DNA of 64,000 nt. It comes from the human T2T-CHM13v2.0 reference genome, Homo sapiens. The stretch lies in assembly GCF_009914755.1 (NCBI RefSeq), contig NC_060941.1. One strand, 5' to 3'. The stretch's first letter is position 1, and each line of letters opens with the position of its first letter. Positions 41,585 to 56,009 of the stretch are shown here, piece by piece. The notes under the pieces were generated by a model. The model was not told the DNA's origin, ran no database searches, and saw nothing but the letters and a program-made list of their open reading frames with translations. Made by a program: the position numbers and the translations under genes.

Positions 41585-42784
41585 GTTAAATGCCATCATT
41601 CCTGGTAATAGGTAGAAAATCATAAGGGAGGGCAAGATTCATTCTAATAGGTGGGATCTAAAAAGGCTTTGTGGAGGAAATGACATTTGAATTTAGCTTT
41701 GTTGGATCATCAGGACGCTGAAGAACCGCAAGGCTGTTGGTTTGTACATACCTGCTTCGATTTCATGGTAACAACTGAAAAGGGGAGAACATGTGATGGG
41801 AAGCGAAGCTCCTATCCCTCACTGAGGCCACCCTGTGGGCCTGGTGGTCTGCCCACTACCCTGAGAGCCCCCTTCTCTCCAGGGAGCACTGGCCCAAAAA
41901 CTTGCCAGAGGTCCTAAGTGTGTTTGGCTCTGTGGTGTCATTCCTGCAAGTTCAGCTTGTGGTCTGAGTGTATTTTCCATCAGATTTTTCTTTGCAAAGA
42001 GTCAGGGGTTAGAGACATGGAACAGGAAACAGGGAAGTTCTTCTAGAAGAGAGCTTGATGAGGTCTTCATGGGTCTATATGTGAGCCATGGACTTTCTGG
42101 CACAGTACAGAGCTATATGAAAAATTCTGTAGAGATATTATTGCATTGCCCCTCTCACATTGTCTTACAATTTGCACTAAGAACCGTGGCTCTGAGATAA
42201 TTAGAGCATGTGAAATATACGACCTATTATGGGCTTGAAATGGCCTGGATAAGAGCATAGTGACTCAGCAAAATCTGGATGAGGTAAACAAAAAGAGAAG
42301 TAACTCAGCAATTCCCATCCAGTGAACACTCAAAGACCCAGGGGTTTGTAGGCATCAGTGCAGCACAGAGCATGTCTCTGGCCCTGATCCTAACAGTTTT
42401 AGTGCAATAAGATTAAATTAGAAGATAAACTGTAGGACACAGTGAGATGTTGGCAGTCTAGCAAATGGCTTCATAAAGTTGAATTGATTTAAGTGAGTAA
42501 CATATCATAGTCTAGATTCTGGCCTCAGGATCCTAATTTTGTCAGTGTACTTAATGATCTTTCTTAGGGCTGAATCACATGAATCAAGTTTTTTTGAGAT
42601 CAACAGGTAAAACTAGAAGGATATCTGTGCTCTTCAATGCGAAACAATACACCAAGATCATTCTTGTTACTTGCAGTATCTTCTGCCTGACACATTTTCC
42701 CATCTTTCCTCCTGCCCACAGTCTTTGCACAGCTATCTACTTCTCATCATTTAGGTCTAAGGTGCTATTTTTATTAAGGTAATT

Positions 42785-43190
42785 CTGTAGGACATAAGCC
42801 AAAATGATGTATAATAGCTCAAGCCTAATAGAAGATCAATTTTTGCTCATGTAACAAATGAGGAACAAGGAAAGAGGTCAATGGGGGAGATTCTGCTCCA
42901 TGGAGTCATTCAGAGATCCATGACAACAATGGTTCTTCTACTTTGAGACATTGTTTTCAAGGTCATCTTAGAAGTTGTCTTCATTCAGCCAAAAAGAAAG
43001 AGAAAAAAGATGAGGGAATATGTGTGGGAGATGTCTATGAGCTAAATCTGAAAGTAAACACATCACTAACACTTTCATTCCATTAGGTAGAACTCACAGC
43101 TAATTGCCAGGGAGGCTTGGAAATATATCCTAGCTATGAGTCAAGGAAGAAGAGTAAAACATTGATTTTGGTCAGCATTTCTTGCCATTG
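42785..43190. mobile_element. Old MLT1-like LTR
   Basis: 'tctgctccatggagtcattcagagatcca...cattccattaggtagaact...gggaggcttggaaatatatcc'. Confidence 0.55.
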
Positions 43191-44380
43191 TAGTTCTGTT
43201 TGAGTGGATACTATTTTTACATAGACTGTGTTATAAATGGTGCCCCTGGAGTTGTATAATACGGTGGGCCTGTTATTGTATTCCTGGTACATAGAAGAGT
43301 GAGTGTTGATAGCAGGTCATAGCAGGTGATCACTGTAACATAGACTGGAATGCCTTACACTGGCATAGTTAGCATATGCTCTCTTTGTGTGCAGAATTTC
43401 AGGGCAAGCCAGATTGTAGCCGATGGTTTCTTTGGGATGTGGGCAGTTACTTGAGGATTTAATGAAAACAAGATAAGATAGTCATATTGCATCTGTTCCC
43501 GAGATAGTTAAATTATTGCTCCAAAGTCTGGGTAAGTTGAGGCCTTGAGTCAGGGCACTCTTTCAAGCAGGTAATATTAGGATGGAGACTGCAAAAATTT
43601 TCCGCCATTATCTTTACTTTCTACTCAACTCAACAACTGACTCAGTTTTTCAGAGCTATGGTCTAGGAGAATATGCCAAATTATGACTGAAAATTATCTG
43701 TTTTGATTTACTGCATGAATTTTTACAGTTGAACTCAGAATGATCTATCAAGGAGGCCTCACCCAACCCAAGTAAGGCCCACAATTAGCAATTACAAGAT
43801 ACTTTATCATTTACAATGCACTTGTTCTTAAAGTATGCCATTGGATTCTTACAACAATGCTGGGAGGAAGATCAGGCAGCTGTTGTGGCCACAGTTTTAC
43901 AGATGAGCTCAGAGAAGTGTGAGTTACCCCAGTTCACACAGGAAATGGCACCATTGAGATTCCCATTCCTCCGCCATGCCTTCAACCATTTCCTCTCTAC
44001 TGGCTGCTTAACCTCAACATAAAGATATGCTTACGTTTTATTTATCTTACGACAAAAGATAAACTCACCTCTTAATCCTGTGCTCTCTTTAATTTCTAAT
44101 AGCCACAGGATTTCTTGCCTTTTCTTGATATCCAAGCTTCTTTCACTCGACATCCCTTTTCTCCTAATTCCTCCTCAATCCTTGGTAATCTGGCTGCTGC
44201 TGCCATCTCTTATAGGGACCTCCTCGTTCCCAGCCAGAGAACCATTGTTGACCACTCTGTGCTTTTGCTTGACTGTTGCCACTGCATCTGTCTATAAATC
44301 TGTTTCCTATAAACAACAGGAATTTTGACACACTATACTTCACATCATTCTCATCAAATAAGTTAAAAATATATAGGATG

Positions 44381-45334
<954 letters not shown>

Positions 45335-46515
45335 TCAAACCTTATTTTTCTTCACTACTCATATTTCTGGTGTCAAGATTTGTAGGACAGAGATATACCA
45401 TGATATAGCCTGTGGTCTCACACCTTCATATTATGATGCTGAGTGAGTCAGACAGTAGGCAGTAGGAATATTCCTAAAAGCCATTCCTATGCCAGGATGG
45501 CAAGCAATAATTTAACTCTGTTTGGAAATGACCTTGGACCACATAAATATATACCGCTAAGTGAAAACAAAATGTATCCCCAACTAAACTTCTTTTAGCC
45601 TGGTTCTAAAAACCCCACTCCAGTGCCAACCATCGCCAGGGTGTGATAGTGGAGTTGCATAGAGATAGTAGTTGTGGCTGATTGAGTTTGCATTTTTATA
45701 AAACAGGCAGCCAGGTACACACGTTGCTATGTCTTTTGCTAGGACCCTGGAAGGCATCTTCTAGATGATGGTCTCTGGTCTTAGGCTTCGTTAGCCTCCT
45801 GGGGAGTCTGTCCACTCTGGTTTGGTACAAGGCCATTGAGAACTAATGGAAAAGAGCAAAATTGACCTAACTGCACCAAGTACAGTGGACTAAAGTTGAT
45901 TTAGTATCTAGCCAATCCGTTTCATAAGTGTTGAAAGCCAAAAACATAAAATAGGCTTTTGTTGCTAAGGCCCTGTGCCAGGACTGGGCCTGTCTGCCCT
46001 TGGATCCATTCCTGGTCCTTGGCCTGCTCCCCTCCGCATCACAGAGTGGCTGACCCCCCAGGCTGACCCCTCTTCTAGGCTCCAGCTCTCACTGGACAGG
46101 CCCCTGGCTTAATCAGGTTCCCCTGCCCCGCGAGCTCCCATATCACTACCTTCTCCTGTGTCCCCTCAGCTAGGATGTGCCCTGGCCTCCTGCTGTTGCC
46201 AATCCCCAGGTTAACTCACCTCTGTCACATTGCCGCTGAATTTTTTGCTGTAAATTCCCTCTGCTAATGCACTTAAAGCGGTTTTTGTCTTCCTATTTTG
46301 ACTTTGACAGGGAAGGTCCTGTTTCCTAAGATTTTGGAACTGTTGACTTTGAGATATAGGCAGGTTGCTCAGAGCTGCATGGTTCGAGCAAGGCAGTTAT
46401 TGAAATGCTGTAAAGAATGCTCCATGAACTGGGATGCACATGCTCAGATAGTCCTCACAGGAGGCAAGAGAATTCCACACAGTCAGAAACCCTTTTGCTA
46501 TTAAGAGTGACATCC

Positions 46516-46833
<318 letters not shown>

Positions 46834-47199
46834 TTAAGGGTGTAGAAATATTAGAGAATACATATTTAAAATATATGTGATGTAAATCAATGTTTACATA
46901 AATATGTATGAGATATATGGAAAAAATACTAAAAATTCCCTTTTAACAGTTGGACAGGAAGCATAATTCTCTGATAAACATCACAATAAAGTGTTTGGTC
47001 AGTGACAGGAAAATAAAAGGGCTGGAGAAGTTGCATGGGAAGGAACATGGCAGTGGGAAAAATGAGAAAAAGAGAGAAAAGACAAATACACAATATCATG
47101 ATGAAGAATAAACAACAGTTGGAGGAAACTAAAATATACTGTGCTTAATATATAAAAATATTTGAAAATCTAGGTAGTCCAGATTAGAAAAATAGAATC

Positions 47200-48720
47200 A
47201 AGATGCATCAACCCAAGTTGATATCTGAAATAACAGGACTAAAGCCATTAATGAAATTTTATATGGAGTCAAATGTCCGAACCAAAATGGCATTTTGGAA
47301 AAGTTTTCAAGTATTCTATGAATAAAAAGTTTCTCACTCATGCAGTGATTCCAAAGCTTACTAAAGTGGATATACTTTCAATAATACCAAAATCCTAATA
47401 CCAAAAACTTGAAAAACAAGCATAGCAATAACCAGTACTCTGTTTCATTTATAAATCATCCTTTAAAAACTCAAGTCAAATAAGTACATTGAAAATGTGA
47501 AAGACAATATAAGAAAAAAAAGGTGAGAAGAGTATTAAATATTAGAAAGAAGGAATTTTCATTGCTTTGCAGGTAGATTCAATTTACAGGAAAGCAAAGC
47601 AAATCAATGAAAAACAATTACATTTGTGAAAAGAGTTCAGTAAAGTCGTCAGTTATAAAATAACTATAAAAAGTCAATAGCTTTCCTACATGTCAGCAAT
47701 AAGCTTTAGGTCATAATTGCATTCCCAATAGCAAAAGAAACATAAAACAGATAGAATTAAATTTAAGGCAGGAATATCCAGGATACACAAAAAATATGAC
47801 CACACTTTATCAAACAAAAATAATTGATTTTACTACCTTTAGAAATATCGTATTTCTGGAATGTGCAGTATAGACATTATAGCTTAAATTAACTGGTGTA
47901 TTGAATGTAATTCTGAAAAAAACTGAATTAAATTTAAGGCAGGAATATCCAGGATACACAAAAAATATGACCACACTTTATCAAACAAAAATAATTGATT
48001 TTACTACCTTTAGAAATATCATATTTCTGGAATGTGCAGTATAGACATTACAGCTTAAATTAACTGGTGTATTGAATGTAATTCTTAAAAAACTCTAATA
48101 ATATTTTTTAGAGCTTGACAAAGTAGCCAAGAATCTTTTGAAAAAAAAAATTAGTTATACATTTTCACTATCAGAAACTAAAATAGGTTGCAGATTTACA
48201 ATAAGTAAAACAGAATGAAAATCACATGAGATTAGTTGAAAAAGGATAAGAAATTGGGATGTGATTGTGTCATTAAACTTCATAGATTATCTAATAGTGG
48301 TGTAATTATTTCTAAAAATAATTGCTCACTATTTCTTATCTCAAAATAAGGTAAATTTCAGATGGAAATTAAGATTTCAGTGTAAAGAATTCTAAAAGGA
48401 GATTCTCAAAGGAGATATCAGAGATGTGGGCTAAAATTTATCTTCAAAAATCATCCCCAAAACATTTTTATAATGGAGAAAAAAATTAGTAACTAAATGT
48501 CCAGCAGTAGGATATGGATTAAGAAATAGTAAAGAATTCTTAGGATAGACTACCATACAACCACTGAGCATGTTATATTTATTTATATGGAGAATTTTTC
48601 ATTTTATATTGTTAAGTAAAAATATAATTTAAACACTATGTACACCTTAAGCCATTTAAGAATATATATATGAAAAAAATACTAGTAAGACATATACCAC
48701 AATGCTTATATATGTTTCCT
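47200..48720 (+). mobile_element. Ancient L1ME-like ORF2/3' fragment
   Basis: 'gagttcagtaaagtcgtcagttataaaataa...aaaagtcaatagctttcctacatgtcagcaat'. Confidence 0.65.
47754..48094 (+). repeat. 171-bp tandem duplication (2 copies)
   Basis: 47754-47924 vs 47925-48094: 3 substitutions and one 1-bp indel. Confidence 0.97.
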
Positions 48721-48849
48721 TCTCTCCTTTTCTCCTCCCTCCAAGATTAGTCCCCCATCCCTCCTCCCTACTCCAGTGCACAGTTCCAGCAAATTCATAC
48801 AGACAACAGGTAGATGGGAAATGAGTGATTCCTCCAGCATTTAATTTGT

Positions 48850-49231
48850 TGTATTAGTCTGTTCTCACACTGCTATAAAGAGCTACTGGAGACTGAGTAA
48901 TTTATAAAGAAAAGAGGTTTAATTGACTCACTTCCACAGGCTGTACAGGAGGCATGGCTGGGGAGGCCTCAGGAAGCTTACAATCATGGCAGAAGGGTGA
49001 ATGGGAAGCAGTCACGTCTTCACATGGCAGCAGGAGAGAGGGAGCACAGAGAGAAGTGCTCTACACTTTTAAACAACCAGATCTTGTGATAACTCATTCA
49101 CTATCATGAGAACAGCAAGGGGGAAGTCTACCGCCATGATTCAATCACCTCCCACCAGGCCCCTGCTCCAATACGTGGGGATTACAGTTCAACATAAGAT
49201 TTGGGTGGGGACACGTGGCCAAACCGTATCA
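48850..49231 (-). mobile_element. MSTA/THE1D-like MaLR solo LTR
   Basis: TG...CA ends, 'ggctggggaggcctcaggaagcttacaatcatggc'; TSD tttgt/ttagt. Confidence 0.92.
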
Positions 49232-49462
49232 TTAGTCATTTTGCATTTTTAAGTGGAAATAATTTTAATGTGCAAATGCGGGACCTAAGTTACTTACAGG
49301 GAGGTTCACTAGGTTGTGAGCATTCAGAAAAGTGTCAGCTTCAGTAAAGTCAGTTAAGTTATGGGAGAACTCTTGATTTTTTTCCCATTCAGGTTAAAGA
49401 TCCTTGATAGGAAATGACTGGAGGGAGTTATACTGTACCACCAGCTCTTTATGGGCTTGGAT

Positions 49463-49590
49463 CAGGCTTCTCACACTTGAATGTGCACACAAACCACCTG
49501 GGGATCTTGTTCAAAGGTAGATTCTGATTCAGGAGGGCTGGAGCATGGCCTGAGATTCTGCATTTATGACAAGCCCCCAATTGATGTTGT
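49463..49590. mobile_element. MER5-family MITE fragment
   Basis: 'cacctggggatcttgtt...agattctgattcag...ggcctgagattctgcattt'. Confidence 0.75.
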
Positions 49591-50299
49591 TCCATGTTGA
49601 GTAGGGAGGGCTGAGCCGATTCTGATACATCTTTTTAGTTTGATTCTAAATGATTTTCATTTTTACCATGATACCACACAAAACAATAATCTCTCTATAT
49701 TCATTTTCTTTCTTCTGGGGCCTGACCTGTTTGTTTTCCATTCCTGGGAATGAGTGTTCTACCTGGGGTTTGAGTCAAATGTGGAGTTAATGTCTCATAG
49801 ATGCCAAGAGCAAATAGAGAATAAAAAATGCATGGAAAAAAGAATATTTTTTTATCCTAGGCAAATACTTCAGTCAGATAAAACAGAAAATATCTTTATG
49901 AAACTATTAATAAATCCCTAAGACATCTCAAATTAAACAATGGCAAGAAATGTTATGTTTGTAGAAATACATAAAATTCATTTGAGGTCAGGACATTTTA
50001 TGGTGTCAGCTAATAAAGCAGATGGGAGATTCCACTCATTTGAATGGGTCTGGGATAAAGCTGTCAGTCCCTGGAGCCAGGAGACTGGGAGTTCTGTTCT
50101 GGGCCAGGTAACTGAGGGGCAATTGTGGCAGTCACCCTTGGTGGTTGGTCTGAGCAGTGGGTTCTTGTGTCCGGGACATCTGAAGAAGTATAAAAAGACA
50201 TAAGGTAGAATGACTGAAATGCTGTTATGTGAGAGGCCCAGGGAACAATGAATTAAAGTGACTCTGAGAGTGGGCCTGCACAGACCCATGGCCATGGAG

Positions 50300-50700
50300 T
50301 TGTATTAGTTAGGATCATGCTAGATGCTATAACAAACAGACCCCATATTGTTCAATGGCTCAAAGACAGTAGAAGTTTACTTTCCCTCACATAACAGTTC
50401 AAGGTGGTTGTTTCCAACTGGTGGGCAGCTTTACTCCATGCAGTGATTCAGGGTCCCAGGCTGGTTCTATCTTGCCATCTCAATCTAGCTCACACAAAGG
50501 GAAAGAGAGCAGAGAGGTGGAACATCTGATTTTTAATTTGGGGGGGTCTGGATGTGGTCAGTTGAGTATCACTCACTTTGTATTGATGAGAACCCAGTCA
50601 CAGAATCACTTTAACTACAAGAAAGGCTGCTAGAAAATAGAGGCTGGTTGTGCTCCAGATGGAAGAGAAAACTGGTGTTTGGTGAGCATGTTTGCCAGAG
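50300..50700. mobile_element. Old MLT1-like LTR
   Basis: 'tgtattagttaggat...gctataacaaacagacccc...ctccatgcagtgattcagggtcccaggct'. Confidence 0.65.
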
Positions 50701-50999
50701 TTGACACCTACTGGGCATGAACAGGTGATCGCCTAAGCCCCCAACCAAAAATCTCAGACTTAAAACAGAAAGGACAGTTTAGAATGTTACAAAAGGAAGC
50801 ATCCTATGGTTCTTCTTGGTAAAAGTGTTATGTACAGCAAATTGAGTGGTAGGGGGAAAATGGTGAGAATAATATTGGGGCAAGTACGTTTTGAGATTTA
50901 TTGGGAGATAACTCATTTCCTCTGAGATGCTTTGTTTATAATTAGGAGAAGCTCTTATTAGGTGGTAATGAGGCTTCAAGCATGGAGAGATTGTCATTC

Positions 51000-51221
51000 T
51001 TTTTTAAAATTTTATATTGTTTAAAGTTTTATAGATTTAGGGGGGTACACATGCAGCTTTGATCAATCGGTATGTTGCATAGTGGTGCAGTCTAGGCTTT
51101 TAGTGCACCCATCACCTGAATAGTGAATGTTGTACCCAATAGGCAATTTTTCATTCCTCACCCCCCTCCCATACTCCCACCTTTTGGAGTCTCCTGTGTC
51201 TATTATTCCACTCTGTATGTC
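51000..51221 (-). mobile_element. 5'-truncated L1PB (PB4-like) 3' end
   Basis: 'ggggtacacatgcag...gcttttagtgcacccatcacctgaatagtg'. Confidence 0.85.
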
Positions 51222-51460
51222 AAGCATTTCTTTATGAAAGAAACACTATGAAAGTTAAAAGCAGAGATCTCAAGACCTGCCATCATAGAGCTCCCCAGAC
51301 AGTGGGCTAAGGCATGAATGGTGTGGTGCAGAGGTAGCAGAGAGCTGCCAGGATACTGATTGTCAGCTTTTAGAGTGGTGGCAGGGGCCCAGGCTGCAGC
51401 TCCTGAGCTTGTTGCCTTTGTCTGTGTGAATCCCATTTTATCTAACTCACTGTACTATTA

Positions 51461-51513
51461 TTTTGCCATTAAAAGTAATGGCAAAAACCGCAATTACTTT
51501 TGCACCAACCTAG
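51461..51513. mobile_element. MADE1 (Hsmar1-derived MITE), one terminal inverted repeat (TIR) truncated
   Basis: 'ttttgccattaaaagtaatggcaaaaaccgcaattacttttgcaccaaccta' matches the Hsmar1 TIR/MADE1 consensus. Confidence 0.93.
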
Positions 51514-51667
51514 TATTATTACCCATGTATGCCTTGACATGAAAATGTTTGGAAAGCATTTCTATATATAAAAATATGCAAAGCATTTTCCAAGAATGTT
51601 ACACTTTTCTAGTTAGAATTGGCTTACTATAACATCATTTATCTTATTCTCAAGCTTCGACCTCTCT

Positions 51668-51716
51668 TTCATTCAACATTTATTGAGCATCTACTGTATA
51701 GCAGGCACTGTTCTAC
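51668..51716 (-). mobile_element. L2 3' end fragment
   Basis: 'cattcaacatttattgagcatctactgtatagcaggcactgttcta'. Confidence 0.7.
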
Positions 51717-53890
51717 ACACGGACTCCTGACTTTCAACCTTCAATGTCATGTTGGCATCATGAGCTTTTACACTGCTTTGATTTTCTTCTTCTAGCTGTC
51801 TATATTGTTTTTCTCTTTCTTAGCCATGGGTGCATTTTTCCATTAGACTGATAAAAGTAAGTCAGAGCAGACACTCACTGGCCCTTAATTATGCTCCCGA
51901 GTTTTTGAGATCGCCTGTGCATTTTTTCTGAGCTATACAAACCGATCACATGACAGTTAGAAAGATGGATCTCTATACTGAAAAAAAAAAATGAACCTCA
52001 CTGACAATGTTTTTCCAATCAAAAGAGAGGAATTTTCCAACCAAAACAAAGGGAAAAACCTCCATCTCTCGGCAGGTAGATACTAAGTAAAAGCAACACA
52101 CAGCTGCCAGGTTTTTACATTAAACACTTAAGTTTCTGTTTAATGTTTTCTTTATCAAGATTCTAATACTTCATCAGACACACTCGGCTTCAGTCAAGGA
52201 CTTCTTCAGAACTGATTTCTAAGAGCCTGCCTCCCTTCCAGAACCAAAGATGTTTAAACAACATTTAAACAAAACAAAACAAAACAAAAAACTTAACAAG
52301 GATTTTTAAACAGAGATTTATAGTGGTTTCATCACAGGCTCATTCCTCCAGAGCTCTGCCCCGGGTGGCCAGCCTGCGCTGCCAAGGCCTGTGTGGCTTG
52401 CTCTTGCGCCTGGCCCTTCTCCGACGACGGCTGGCCAGTCTGAGGACGCCCAGCACACGCTACTCAGAGCAGCCCAGGGTCCTCTGTGGTTGTAATGCTA
52501 TAATCACCAGTGTATAGACACAGCTGCTGCTATTTGCACTCTTAACAGACACTTCTTGGAGGAAATGGCTTCAGGCGAAGCCCAAATTGCAATGTCTCAA
52601 GTTCCACCACCCAAGGATCTAGGAGTTTCCTCTCTAAAGATAGTGAAGATTGCTAGTTGTGAGACAGAAAATATTGTATTATAGTAGGTGGAAGTCTCGG
52701 AGGTACAAACTAACCCTGTAGTATTATTATTTGAACTTGTTCAGTGTAACTTAAGGCATTAGTGTAGATGTAGAATGTTCAAGTCGGCCTCAGGCGAACC
52801 TACTTGCTTCCTCACACTGAGCCTCGGGTGGCTTCATTCTTTCTTTCTGGACCACAAATCCACCCCTCTCTTCCAGGTTTCGACTGTCTCTCTGTGGTAG
52901 TCTAAATATTGACATAATGCTTCTCCCCCCTCTTGACTGACCCTTCTTTATCAAGCCCCTTTCTTTCCAGGCTCTTGCTAAGAGGCTGGGCACACGCTCT
53001 CAGTGTCTGCTCCAGTTCCCAAGCGTCTTGTGGTTGACCTTTGAGTGGTCAGTCATGTTTGATGTCTCAGCGCCCTACAGCATCCTCACTTGCTGCATTC
53101 CCCGTGGCCCGTTTCATGATGGATTGTCATTTCCTTTAATTCCCCTTCCTTGCCCCTTTCCTTTTCCTCTGCCAGAACAATTGATCAAGAATTCTGTCTC
53201 CCCCTCAAATAATAATAACATTACTTTTTCTAGGGCTCACATTTACATTTGAAAACAAATTTTAAACAGGAAACCAGTGCCATCCAAAATGGACATTTAG
53301 GAAAAGGGTTTCCTCACAGCCCTCAACAAACACTGTATTCCCTTCTTTTCATTTGATGGCTGCTTTTCTTGCCGGGGGAAGAAAGGACATTATAATTTGG
53401 CTACTTCTTTGTAAGTCCAAAACAAGGAGCCAGATGTAATTCAGTAGATTTGAAGCAGGTTTAACAAAGGATCTAGTTCAATGACTTGTTTTGCAATAAA
53501 CTGTGTGCAAGATTTGGAAAAATCAGCAAATTAAAGACTGCTCGAGTTTCATTTCTTTCTGTTTAGAGAATACCTATTAGACGATGTTTTGAGAGGATTT
53601 ATGCATGGGGCTGGTACTGAAATGAATTAAAAGACTAATACTGGGCTTCATAACACTGGAGCCTGGGGAAAATATCCGAGCTGCTCCTCCTGCCTTGGAA
53701 GAGTTTATAAGCTGAGTGGAAAAGATGGGCATGGGTGGTACAAGGAACAGTTGCAAGAAAGCAGGATGGCAAGATGCCCTTAACCGATGTGGGCTGTGGG
53801 ACAGCTCACTCAGATTACCTGCTGCTTGTCTCTCACTCTGTCCTACTTCACTGTATCTTACTGTGTGTGTGGCCAATCCGACTGAGGTAG

Positions 53891-53892
<2 letters not shown>

Positions 53893-53932
<40 letters not shown>
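53893..53932. repeat. (GT)n microsatellite
   Basis: Directly visible. Confidence 0.97.
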
Positions 53933-53934
<2 letters not shown>

Positions 53935-55139
53935 ATGCATGCATGTGTGTTATTTTTTTCTCTATTTGTTTCTTGCAGGTTAATTCCCTCCTCATTCCCC
54001 TGCTCCCTGCCTCCAAGTTCTTCTGTCCCGAGTAAATATACAGTTCTCTAGATAAGGGGCTATGCTACTTTAGTATTTCTTACAGTCCAAGTAAAATCCT
54101 AGGCACTTCTTAACCTCTCAGTAAATATGCATTGATTGATTGACTTAGCATGACCATTGTGACGGCAGTAAATGTATAAGAGAAGGACCAATCGACATTT
54201 TAAGTTCCAGAATCATCCATCTGCTGGGTCACGTTCTCCATATGTGTGGGTGGTTCTGTTTCAGCAAATGGTCTTTTCACTAGCCCACATCAAGACAAAG
54301 ACATGTTCTGAACTGGAGATGATGCCAAGCCTGGGCTGTGAAGACCACCCACAAAGGCTTCAGTGGAAAAGAGAGAAGACACTGGAGAGGCATGAAACGG
54401 TTTGAGGATGAAGAGACTGGACAGATGGATGGAGGACCATGAGGTGACCCAACCAGGGGCAAGAAGGAAGAGAATCGGCTGCTGTAGGTCTTGGGCAGCA
54501 AGAAGTTTACATCGATCAGTTTATACTGTTGGATTAATACTGTTTGGCTGGAAAAATAGTGTAAATAAGATGAATATAAGCCATCTGGTTGGTATATTGG
54601 TGCAAAATGATGACCCATAAGTAATTGAGAGAAATGCTAGAAAAAATAAGAAATGTGTTTTCGCTTTTTGAAGAAGAATTAGTACAGCCTTGTTATTTAA
54701 ATTTTGGGGAGATTTACTGGGTCACTACCGTAGTGATAATCACATAAATAGCAATTAAGTGGTCTGAAGCATTTGGACTCATCTTGCCATTACAATCACT
54801 GTTCTCTGAAGTTTCTCAAAGTTGGGAGCAGATGATAATGCCTCAGGGACAGCCAACTGTGATGTCTGAGCACAGGCCAACAGTTTTGTGTTGCAATTAA
54901 TTAAAATTTACAACAGAGTTAATCTGGCAACATCCACATATTTAACAAAATGGATAATTGTTATTGTGCTGGGAGGCTTTTTCGAATGAATGGTGACCAG
55001 ATCACGTAAATGCCTGTAATTTGTGTTTCTTTACACAGTTAAGCTGAGCCTTTACAGATTTTTCTCCTCTTTGTTAGGGCTCCAACAACCCAGAAACAAA
55101 GCCAATGTTAACAATTTTCTCTGACACTGAATTAATCCT

Positions 55140-55177
55140 ACACACACACACAGACACAGACACACACACACACACAC
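55140..55177. repeat. Interrupted (CA)n microsatellite
   Basis: Directly visible. Confidence 0.9.
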
Positions 55178-55637
55178 CTTAAGAAACAAAGGTCTTGGAT
55201 TGATTCCTTGGCAATAGGATCTCCATGGCCTGAATGCCCACCCCAGAGTCAGGGCCCAGGACCCACCCTCTCTTTTCTCTCTCCATCTGCCTCATGCCTT
55301 CTCAGACTCATTCCTCATCCATCAAGAAGTCTGAGGAACCTAAGGTCTAGGCCCAGCCTGGCTATGGAGTAAAAGTTCAGGAGTCACTCTGGGAAGGTCA
55401 AGGAAAATGGAATTCTGGGCTTCAGAGAGAGGACTGGCCTGGGACACGGCAGGCAGATGAGCAGGTGGGTTTCCAGCCCCTGAGGGTCTTGGGAAAGAGA
55501 AGAGAAAGGTGAAGCATTACTCTCTAAAATGCTTTGTTTTTTTTTAGATTTTTTCCTACATGATAAATTCATGATTTTTGGAAAAATTAAACAAGGTCAT
55601 GTGAAAAGAAGAAAATAAATATGACATACATTTGTAG

Positions 55638-56009
<372 letters not shown>

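Noticed and set aside
43222-43272. Possible MER91-like fragment
   Set aside because: Only ~25 bp of recalled similarity; too short to support
47754-48094. 171-bp period suggesting alpha satellite
   Set aside because: No alphoid similarity or CENP-B box, only two copies, and the sequence continues the flanking L1
51461-51513. miR-548-type precursor from MADE1
   Set aside because: One TIR is mostly missing, so the long pre-miRNA hairpin cannot form
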